Part shown: piece by piece, positions 44,501 to 55,050 of the stretch
How the letters are laid out: the number at the start of each line of letters is the position of its first letter
Position numbering within the stretch: position 1 is the stretch's first letter
Assembly: GCA_965649825.1 (NCBI GenBank)
Contig: OZ287694.1
Coordinates: 1,949,292 to 2,013,291 of the forward strand
DNA: 64,000 nt
Direction: 5' to 3'
From: Penicillus capitatus
Taxonomy: Eukaryota; Plantae; Chlorophyta
The notes under the pieces: generated by a model
What the model saw: only the letters and a program-made list of their open reading frames with translations
The model's database searches: none
Told to the model about the DNA's origin: nothing
Position numbers and translations under genes: made by a program

Positions 44501-47199
44501 TTGAAGTCCTTGGGATACAACACTTTCTACTGAAGATGCGGGTCCTCGAGGCAACAATAGAAGAGGCAGATGAAAACGACTTAGAGGACCTGTTACATGA
44601 CGAACAAGCAATAAGGCTGGCTAAAGGTGCTCGCCGAATGCTCGAACGCACTATCGACGATGTTCCAATTCGCGAAATAGTCGTTGAGAAGTTATGGCAC
44701 TTGTCTCGCGTTATGGAAGGTTTTCCTAGTGTTCTCAATGACGTCGTTGGTAAAGTAAAAGAAACCCTTCAGAAAACGGATGACTTGGCGTACACAGAAA
44801 TGAAGAAAATTAGAGATGTTTTAAAACTCGCAAGGCACTCTTCGAAGCACAGTGACGAAATAATCCAATTCGTCTTGCAATTAGCACAAAACACATCCTC
44901 TGGATGGTGCAGCTTAGAGGAGTGCTTAAGAAGGCTGAGCTCTATTGCGGAACAAATGCCGCAGCACGCCGGCGTGCTTCTGCCAACGCTGGCGAAAGAA
45001 TGTGGCGACGAAAGCCCGCGAGTGCGTCAGGATGCGATGAAGGCCATCGGTCAGGTCCTCGCAGCGGCGCCGCAGCACGCCGGCGAGCTTCTGCCGACGT
45101 TGACGAAGGGATACAGCGAAGACGATGACGTGCACTGTACGGCGTATGACGTTATTAACCGCGTCGTCGCATCGGCGGCGCCGCAGCACGCCGGCGAGCT
45201 TCTGCCGACGCTGGCGAAGGAAGTCGGCGACGAAGACGAGTTCGTACGTCGGAGAGCGTTAGAGGCCATTGGTCAGGTCGTTGCGGAAGCGCCACAGCAC
45301 GCCGACGAGTTTTTGCCGACACTGGCGAAGGGGTTCAACGACAAAGAGGAAAACGTACGTAAAACAGCGATCGAAGCAATCGGACGCGTCTTCGCTGCGG
45401 CGCCACAGCACGCCGGCGACCTTCTGCCGATGCTGACGAAGGGGTGCATCGACGAAGAATGGGGAGTGGGTTGGGAGGCGATGGAGGCCGTTGAACGGGC
45501 CATCGCAGCGGCACCGCAGCACGCCGACGAGCTTCTGCCGACCTTGGCGAAGGGGTGCGACGACGAGGACGCGAACGTGCGTCGGGTGGCAATAGAGGCC
45601 ATCGGACGCGTCGTCGCTGCAGCGCCACAGCATGCCGGCGATGTCCTCCCTACGCTGGAGAAGGCGTTTGGTCTCAAAGAGTGGTTCGTGCGTCGCGCGG
45701 CAATAGAGGCCATCGAACGCGTCGTCGCGGAAGCGCCACAGCATGCCGGCGATGTCCTCCCTACGCTGGAAAAGGCGTTTGGTCTCAAAGAATATGAGAT
45801 GCGTCAGGATGCGATGGAGACCATCGGCCACGTCGTCGCAGCGGCGCCACAGCACGCCGACGAGCTTCTGCCGACCTTGGCGAAGGGGTGCGACGACGAG
45901 GACGCGAACGTGCGTCGGGTGGCTATAGAGGCCATCGAACGCGTCCTCACGGAAGCGCCACAGCACGCCGGCGAGTTTCTGCCGACGCTGGCGAAAAGGT
46001 GCGTCGATGAAGACGGGGACGTTCGTCGGAATGCAATTCAAGCCATCGGTCGCGTCGTCGCGGCGGCGGCGCCGCAGTACGCAGGAGAACTTTTGCCAAC
46101 ATTGGCGAATGGGTTCGGCGATGAACATTGGTACGTGCGTCAGGATGCGATGGAGGCCATCGGTCAGGTCCTCGCAGAGGCGCCACAGCACGCCGGCGAG
46201 TTTCTGCCGACGCTGGCGAAAGGGTGCGTCGACGAAGACGTAAACGTGCGTAAAGCGGCAGTGGAGGTCATCGAACCGGTCGTCGCGGAAGCGCCACAGA
46301 AAGCCGGCGAACTTCTGCCGATGCTGGTGAAGGGGTTCGGCGACGAAGACTATGAAATGCGTCAGGATGCGATAAAGGCCATCGGCCACGTCGTCGCAGC
46401 GGCGCCACAGCACGCCGACGAGCTTCTGCCGACGTTGGCGAAAGAAGTCGGTGACGAAGACAAGTTCGTACGTGAAAAAGCGATCGAAGCAATCAGACGC
46501 GTCGTTGCTGCGGCGCCACAGCACGCCGGCGAGCTTTTGCCGACGCTGGCGAAGGGGTGCGGCGATGAATACTTTGGCGTGCGTCGAGAGGCGATGGAGG
46601 CCATCGGCCAGGTCGTCGCAGCGGCGCCACAGACCACCGGCGAGCTTTTGCCGACGCTGGCGAAGGGCTGCGTCGACGAAGACCCGGGCGTGCGTCCAAT
46701 GGCAATGGAGGCCATCGAACGCGTCGTCGCGGAAGCGCCGCAGCATGCCGGCGAGCTTTTGCCGACTCTGGCGACGTTATGTGGCGACGAAGACGAGGAT
46801 GTACGTAAATATGCGATGGAGGCTATCGATCGCATTGTCGCGGCGGCGCCACAGCACACCGGCGAATTTCTGCCGACGCTGTTGAAGGGGTTCGGCGACG
46901 AAAACCAGAACGTGATCGATGCTGCAAAAATGGCGTTAAAAGGCATGAAACCTGAGAAAATTATACCTGTGTCAATATCGTCTTCTCGCCCTCACACTGA
47001 TGGTCTTTCATTTTTATTCGTGCAAAATTCATTCACATTAGATACCTCTGCGAAATCTGCAACAAAAGTTTTCCTTGTTTTACACACGACTTCTTCGCAA
47101 AGAATTGGAAGATGGGATCGAGTGGATGTTGATCGTTTTGTCGAGTTTTTGAAACGAGAGTTTGAAAAGAGAATTGCCGGACTCTTAGACCATCTTTGA
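41539..47199 (+). pseudogene. NLR-like gene copy 3: helical N-domain + NACHT + 17 HEAT-like repeats, one in-frame TGA
   Basis: Exon 1 is 41539-43047 (503 codons, as in copy 2), then a 54-nt intron 43048-43101. GNPGSGKT, LLMFDGLDE, YQFPHLTFQEFFAG. ORFs 43087-44334 and 44410-47199 share one frame, separated only by TGA at 44332-44334 where the paralogs have TTG/TTA (Leu). Confidence 0.88.
45007..46896 (+). repeat. HEAT-like coding array of NLR copy 3, 17 units of ~111 bp
   Basis: 1890 bp = 630 codons. Unit DEDxxVRxxAxEAIxxVVAxAPQHAGELLPTLAKG. Confidence 0.93.
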
Positions 47200-48289
47200 A
47201 CAGAAAGTACTTTAGCGGCACAAGTTTATTTGTACGTTGGTGCAAGTCAAGCTGTAGATACGATTTGTGTTCCATCTTTTTTGATAAGTACGTTCTAATT
47301 CTACACCCGGCAAGCGCCATGCAACCTTTTTTGGTCACGCCGGTTTGTGAAGGAATCATGAAACGTCTGTCGTTGTCTCTTATTCTGCTTATTCAAGTCA
47401 AAACGGACGGTGTGCTTGGCGTGTCGTATCATGGGTTACTGTATCGGAACAAGTCGGACAATTTAAAGAAGCATTCATTTGTGTTTGAGACGATGCTACT
47501 CTAAAATTGCACGAGAATTCAGTACCGAAAATATGCCACCACGTGTCCAGGTAAAACCGCCTTCGGCTCGTGTAGGTTTGACGTGTTATTCATCTACTCC
47601 CTTGACCTACCACCAAAAATGCGAGATTACGACAGAAAGAGAACTTTGTCAAACAGTCCTTGATCTGCTTCTCATAGTTTACACATCGCTGTGGTAACAT
47701 GTTTTTGGCGTTACTTACTAAGGTATGGATTAGAATGTTATGCCCATTCCAATCATGAAGTTACTGCAATACCCTTTGTTGAGGTAACGTCACTTCCAGG
47801 AGACGCGGACCGATCTTTCAGGAAAACTTTGTTTTTCGCCTCCACAGACTTACTTCTCCGTCGGAAGGCGCCGCTTCCTCCACGGCCACGAGATCTTGTA
47901 CTTCCAGCGAGTCGACCGGCTCTCTCTCTCTCTCGGTGAAGCTTTCTCGCGTGAGGACACCTTAGGAGAGGATTTCGAGTTTCTCCCCGTACTTGGGCGC
48001 ATCGTGCATACATGCCCAGCAACCGGAGCTCCGGCACCGTGTAAGCAACGGTCTCTCGTGCGCCAGCTGTGATGTAGGGATGCGCTCGTTGTCGAGACAA
48101 GGCATACTTTCCCAGCTTCGGATGGTGACCTTGTTCCGGTACAATGTTGCCTGGCTTCGTATCGAAGCCAATCGCTTCGTGTTTGCGAAGGTGCGCTGAC
48201 CACAAAGCGATCTGATAGATGTGGGTAGATTTGCCGAAAGCGATGTTGTTCCGTCTCTTTTGATCTTTAAAAGATGTCCCCATATCCAT

Positions 48290-51200
48290 CTCCGTCAGTT
48301 CCTTGTGATATAGTATCCCGATTGGTCATCGACCGAAGGATGCAATTGTCCTTCGGAGCAACAAACAATGTCAGGATGCTGGCCAACTCGCTCAAAGATG
48401 CGAATCTCGTTCAACAGCAGCTCCCAGGATTGTTCTCTTCCGAAACACACGGATCTGACAGCGACTTTGTGAAGAACGCCTTCTGGATCGATGTAGACTC
48501 CTCGTATCTACCACTCCTTTAAACGGCGTCACGACTTTTTTTCGTATTTTTTGCGATAGGCGTTAGGTAGTGGCCATCGTCGGCCGCCGTTCTCTTTGAG
48601 GGTGTCCTCCCGACAACGTCTACGGATTGACTCCTCGTTGCGTTCAGCAGAGTAAGATTCGAAAACGCAGGATCAAACGTTTGATCAAAATGAACGGGAC
48701 GCAAACGATCCTCTCTTTCGACATTTCTCTCTTTGCGTCTCTCTGCTCCTTTTTTCGCACGAAAATGGAGAATGGATCTGTTTTTGTTCTCTGGTCTCGC
48801 TCCTTGCTTCTCTGTCTTGAGTGAACCGAGCACTCAGGCATCGCGATCATCATCTGGCCGTGCTCCTTGATGTGTCTATCTTCGTATTTCTTTATCTTTT
48901 GCGGTACCGAACGCCAGAGACCGTTTCGTTTGTTTCTCTGTGCAAGATTGTCAGCACAGTCGAGAGGCATCGGTTTAGCACTAGCCTGGTGTCCCTGTTC
49001 ACATAAGGGTGGGTAGGAGGTTTTATGCTTTCGTCTTGTCTACATGTGCAGGGAGACAATGATAGCAGTTCTTTGCGGATCGACTCAATCCTCAAAGCAT
49101 TCTATGCCATTTAAGCAATCGAACGCATGCGTCGTGCAACAAACAATCGCCGCTACACCGGTCGATTCGATGGAGGCGAAAGATACGAAATAGCGAGTGG
49201 AACGTCCACATCTCACTCGTTTCTCAGTTCGAGAAAGAGTGATGCCTCGCTTTGCATCTGGACATGGAAGGATGTCGCCGCGACGACTGGAAAAGGTCAC
49301 ACGATATGACGCGCGATTCGCAGTGATCCACGAGGCAATGAAACCTACCTATGGATCGCGCCGACGCTTCTCGAGGGAGACAAAACGGGGAGCGCCGAGA
49401 CAGGATAAACTGGAATCGACGGCGAAATATGCTCATGCAAACGATGATTCTACATTCTCAAACACTGTTCTTTACAGAAAGACTGACAACTCGTGACAAA
49501 TGCGAAGCATGTAACTTCGTAAAGCTTCTGTAGGTGAATCATGTCCAAAACGCTTGACTTCACTTATTCCCCTGATTTATGAATTGCGCAATCATGCGTC
49601 TGTATCCGCAAAGCACATCACGGATGTCATTCAAGTGATGTGACAGATGGTCTATCTTGTACGACGCCACTCTCTCTATCTATCGTCGTCGTATCAAAAA
49701 GCAAAAATGGAGAAGCACTGGCGTGCGTCGTCCGTCTGGATCACTGGTGAAGTGTTCTCTTCTGTCTGCATCGTTTCTCTTCTTTCGTGACAAACATGCC
49801 TAGAAACCTGTGGAGACGCATACGGTCTCTGCAGTGAACCACCTTGAAGTAGAGAGCGTCGTTCAGGACCGCTTCCCGAACGCATCCGCTTCCCAGCAGC
49901 ACCGTCGTGCAGACGGACAGCTTGACGTATTTGCGATCCACGAGGCCGAAACAGGGAGACACCGCGTTCAGCTTCCCGGAGGCGAACTGCGTCGGATCCA
50001 GATGAGCGAAGGCGTTCACGGAGCAGTCGTCCGTATCACGCCACTGTACGATGTCGAGCGACTGTCCGTCGCCGTCAGGAGGCGTCACGAACACGGAAAC
50101 AAGTCGGACGAGCGCACTGCCGAGACACTGGTCGCCGGAAAGGTGGACACTGAGGCGAAAGCTCTGACCGAGTCTCACGACGTGAACCGGATCGTGCGGC
50201 AGGTAATCGTCAAAGAACGCAAGGGCGTCGTGCGCCTGTCTCTCGTAGTACGGCAGACATGCATCTCTGTTGTCCGCAAAGCACTCGACTTCGAGCAAGG
50301 GAGCGAGGCGGAGCTGGGGGAACGGGCCCGGCGACGGTCGGCGTTTGTCTTGGACCTGAAACGGAACGCGATGTCGAGAGGAAAACGCGAGAGAGAAAGC
50401 ACTTCTCGTGATGCGCTGTTCATGTGCCGCTTCCCTCGGGGCGTTGTTCCGAAGGGGACATGCGTTCGTTTATTACTCGCCTCTTGATGCTCATGCGAGG
50501 AGTGGACGCATTCTTGTTTCTGTTCTCTGACCTCGTGTTCATTGACGCCCTCTGCGCCAGCACCGCCACCATCCAGCGCTTGGAACACCTGATCATCCGC
50601 AACACCGTGGTGCTTTCGGATAGAGAGGAGTGCGACGTACCGAGTGGAGAAGGGCGCTCTTTTCGTCGTTGGTGAGGTGTCTACTGCATGGAAACGATGT
50701 GACGTGAGCTCAGTCGGTCGACGATTCGGGATACCTGCAGGTGTGCTGGTAGCTGATGCGCACAACTCTGTGTGTCCTCACGGCGTCGGCGAACGAAGAA
50801 TCCGAGGCGGGATTCTGGTTCATTGGGAGAGGGGACGGTGCGAAAAGCACAGTGCGTCGCAGCAACACCGTCACGCTCAGCGTCAATGTTTCACGAACCG
50901 CCGCATCGGGTGCCTCGCCATCTTGGTTAACAGCTTCTTCCTGGTGCTCGAACTGCAGACGACCGCGTGGCGTGCGCTTGGGCATTGGAACAGAGATGCC
51001 GAAAACGACGCAGAAGACGCGCTGCCGCTGTCGCTTCCTCTCACAGAAGAGCTACCTGAAGAAACACCGAAGGTTAGCAGGTGCCTCAGACCTGGCTTCA
51101 TAGTGTTGTCGACATGGCCTGTTGCATGCATCGAGATAGCGATCGACGGAGAACGCCCTCGTTCGTGCGCCTTGGCCTTCCTTACCTGCGAAGCGTGAAG

Positions 51201-51400
51201 GAGAGGTAAAGTGTTTCCGGTCGAAACTAATGGAGAGTGAAAGAAGTGGGATTGCGTGTTGGAGGAGGACGGCGGATTTCGAATCACGGCACCACGAAGG
51301 GAGCCCGTCGTCTTCACGATGCGTTCAGCAGACCGACAAAATTTTAAGTTCAGGGACAAGTTCGGGATTCGAAGCGGTGTTTTAAGGCGAGGCGTCCCGC
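48290..51400 (-). pseudogene. Multi-MATH-like gene, convergent on NLR copy 3, probably degenerate
   Basis: SFRLSVHLSGDQ...LVSVFVTPPD...CFGLVDRKYVKLS...VLNDALYFKVVH (49741-50298); FSNLTLLNATRSQS...RFASLSELASI...KDNCILRSMT (48300-48680); AVRETLTLSVTVLL (~50880). Stops are present and exon structure is not resolved. Confidence 0.4.
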
Positions 51401-52877
51401 GGATCATGTGCCTCCCGCGAGCGGGAACATTTCATCATTGATTGTTTGAGATTTGAATTTAGCAGCGAAGCCGCTGGAGGACGCGGAAAGACAACGGTTG
51501 GTTGGTCTCCGCAGACTGATGGATGGGACTGATAGTAGTCCTTAAGCGCACAGCAAGAAAGGGGAAGCGCTGCAGGGCATGGATCCGCAGAAAAGAGATA
51601 GCATGCACACCGTGTTGTCTTCGCAGTTGTGCCTCAAGGAGCCGCGTTTTGTCGCCGGCGTCTCGAAGCTGATATCCCACCAGCTGTCGTACGGTTTTCT
51701 TCGCCTATTCTCTAGGCTTGGTCTCTGATCGAACGAAAAGAACCGAAGTGCAGTTCAAGTTTGCCGATGGACGGGCTCTTGTCAACTTCCATGTACCCAT
51801 TCAGGATTCGAACGGATTGCATTCGTTCTGCCAAGGCGCTTTCGTCTGGAGAACGATTTCCCTGTCTGAGTAGTCGGTGTTTGCGCCACCATAGAAGATG
51901 GGCAGAGGGACAGTCGTTTCGGAATGTGCTGATTCAATACAGCGACATCTGAATGCGTGCAAGAAAGACAGAATCGCGTTTCGCCCTGAGGAAGTTTAGA
52001 TCTGTGCAATTTCTGACACAGATGTCGCTTGCCAACCGATCGTGCCCGCGTGCAACACAAGAGGAGAGTGAAGAGCTTTTCATTGGATAAGGTGAACAAC
52101 AACAGTTCGACACAAGCTGATCACACATGGTTTAGAGTTACACCGCTTTTAACCCTAAGCGCAGACATGCACAGTACCGCCGCCTTTTTGGGCGAAACGG
52201 TACAATCATGATTTCCCACCAGTCGTCACACAAGAATTAAATCTCGGGCATTGTTTGTTCGCAGACTATTCCACAGACATCAATTTCCCATGAGCATCGC
52301 AGACAGCAAAAAGGCTGTTGTCCCCTTTCGAACCACGCATCCTTTTTTAGGGCTAGCAAAAAACAGCGCAACTTGTGCATTTGTTAACCGATTCGGCCGC
52401 ATTCAAGACACCAACAAATCCATAGTGGAACAGTCGGCGAGCGCAAGAATGCCACGCCAGAGGCGAGAACCGAATCGGCTAAAACAGTAAGATTGATCAT
52501 TCAGTCTATCACACTCAGCGATCCACTGTACCATGAGATTTGAGAAGCTATTCTGGCAATAGAAAGCCACTTCTCTCTTTCTTGCACAAAAGACACACTC
52601 GCCGTCGATCTCTAGTTAGTCACTGATTAAATAGATTAAGCGTGCAGATGTGATACCGCAAACAGTTTGCAAAAACAAAACTTTTGACTTATTGAATCGT
52701 CAGAGTAGAGTTGAGCTATTCGTTGGTTCAGGTTTAATCTTAGTTATGCCACTCGACGAAAAACACTAACACCGACTTGGCGCTATGGATCGCCTCGACA
52801 ACATCACGAGAGGCAGATACTCCCTTTCAGTCTCTATCGCCCACGGGAGTGCAGAAAACTGTTGCTGTTGATAGCAG

Positions 52878-55050
52878 TTAGGAAAAGTATTTGTAGCGAA
52901 AAATGTGATACAGTGTGGCCATGCGACGATCTGGAACAGTTAACTGTATGTGAATCTGGATGATAGACTGTTGACAATAAGCATGGCCACCAAAACCGGA
53001 GAAGGAAGAAAAAATGTTCTGCGCAATGACATCCTTAAATAAACAAGACTGCAATAGGCAAACGGCGTCTATTGCATCACAGTTTGTTTCACGAACCTGA
53101 TGCATCTTGAGTTCGATCGTATCGTTGTTGGGCAGTTGCAGACAAATGCGTTCAACTCCTTCAATTGGGAGACTCTCTTCGTTGACTGCCTTGATGCGCA
53201 GACGAAGTAGAACGTCGTCTTCTCCGAGGCAGATGATGTAAACAGGACTGTTCGGCAGGGAGGCATCATAGAAGCTGAGCAGCTCCCTTGTTTCTCCCTC
53301 GTGTAGAGGCGTGGAAGAATCATTCGAACCCAAGAGGCGCTCCGCCCGCAGATCGAAGGAGACGTGGCTGTTCTCCGACTGTAGGAAAGAGTCTATTGAC
53401 TCCTTGTCGGCGTCTGATACCACCTACACACAGAGAGAGTTTGCTGGAGGGCGAGAGACGGAGCCACGCACCGAGTCGAGAGCAGACCTGCCCTGCGGTG
53501 GCCCGAGACTGTTACTCTGGAGCTCCTGATGACCCTCGTTTCTGTACGACAGTTGAAACTGCACACGATGGCCACGTCACACATCATCGAACGCTTGCCA
53601 GAATCACACCTGGTGGACAGAATCGACTGTCCTGTTCAGCCAGAAGCCATCTCGCCAGGAAGCCATCTCGCCCATCAGCGCGTATTGGAGAAGCAATCCG
53701 CGACACACTGTTGACAAGTCTTCTTCTTCTTCTTCTTCTTCGAGCAGGCTTCTGAGTTTATGCTCCAGCGTTTTGTTTCCCAGCCAAGAGCGAATCGTTT
53801 GACGAAGGTGTGACTTCAAGGACGAAGTCAGCGTCTCCAGTACTGGCTTCATATACTCCCCGAATTCGCCCTGCTGATAGATCTTGGATGCTGCATCGAG
53901 CAATCCTTCATAGATCTCTGGATCCTCATTCCAGCCTTCCGACAGTGCACGACATGTTGCAAGATACTGGAATTCGAACATGGCTTTCCTGCGCACGACG
54001 GCGGAGTCTGCCACTGTAGCAACGGCCGTCAATTCGTTCACGATGCCAAATCTGACAGCCTTGCATTCCTCCTCGTCGGATAAGCAGCTTTGATACTCTA
54101 AAGTATGTTCAAAGCCGCTCAGGAACAGCTCGAACTTCTCTGGATCCGTCAGACAGAGCATGGCAGCGGAGCTGAGGGTTTGAAGCCAGTCGAACCACAG
54201 CTTCCTCCGAAGCCTGTCATCTGCACAGGCGGTCCTCAATTTCTGAATCCCCTTGCTGACGGCAGACGGGTCGACTTGGCGAACACCGCGGTAGAAATCG
54301 AGCACACCGACAGTGCCAGTCGCAAGCCGCTGCATCGCGTGGAACAGTGCAGAGGTCTCATCCCCCTTCGTCATACGATGTATGCACTGTTCGATGAGAA
54401 TCGCGTAGAAGCGAAAGGGATAGTACGGCGCATCTCCGAAGATCTTCAATCCCTGAAGCAGGCCGTCTTGTTTCTCCTTTAGATAATTGCACGCGGGCAG
54501 CGCAGGGGCGACTCTGTGTATGAGCGTGCATGCCTGATACAAGGCGACAAGTGCTGGGCGATGGCCCCTGAATGTTTGCCTGGTCTGCACGACGCAGCTT
54601 CGCAGAGTAACGGTCAGCGTCGCCGCCAGGTGCAGTAACGTCGCCGGATCGCCTTCGAAAACGGTGACATCTAAAGATGCCAAGACGCGCGACAGTGCTT
54701 CTGCTATCGTCTCTGCGCATGCGTTATCCGTCGTGGCTTCTCCTAGCGCGCTCACAACGCGCAGCACCAGCTTTCTGTCGCGCGCGGAGCGCGCTTCGAC
54801 ATTCGCCAAGTGCGCGAGCTCCTCGGCGACTTCGGCCTTCTGGTACGAATCCAGCTTGCCGAAAACGGCAACGAGCGACGAAAGCCATCGTCCAAGTACC
54901 TCCCTTTCTCTCGTATTGGCGGTGTTGTTGTAGATTCGGACCAGACGGTGCGTGCAGCAGATTCGCCGTTCCGTCGACAGTAGCCGAGGACGTGCTAGAC
55001 TTGCTCGGCGTGCGGCAGACAATGCAACCCGGCGAGGTCTGCCGCCGCCA
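52878..55050 (-). pseudogene. Stand-alone homolog of the NLR N-terminal helical domain, lacking NACHT and followed by an unrelated C-terminal segment
   Basis: Collinear matches to copy 2: LVRIYNNTANTREREVLGRWL/LVAAYNATTNKDERGVILHWL, YYPFRFY/YYPVSFH, WFDWLQTL/WFDVFQNL, KAVRFGIVNEL/KALRFGIIQEL, WLGNKTLEHKL/WLGGRILEDKI. No Walker A downstream. A 16-bp tandem duplication at 53643-53672 probably frameshifts it. Confidence 0.65.

Noticed and set aside
45259-46746. Long antisense or alternative-frame ORFs (also 23064-24023, 16386-17258, 33256-33903, 36597-37539, 41461-42099)
   Set aside because: These are shadows of GC-rich or repetitive real CDSs and have no independent motifs.
45007-46896. Regularly spaced repeats in the three NLR genes as CRISPR-like arrays
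   Set aside because: The units are 111-bp in-frame coding repeats without unique spacers, in an intron-containing eukaryotic gene, with no cas genes.
47750-48250. Basic region with a CLH..GHV..C-like pattern as a Gag zinc knuckle
   Set aside because: CCHC spacing can only be assembled across frames; there is no LTR or pol support.
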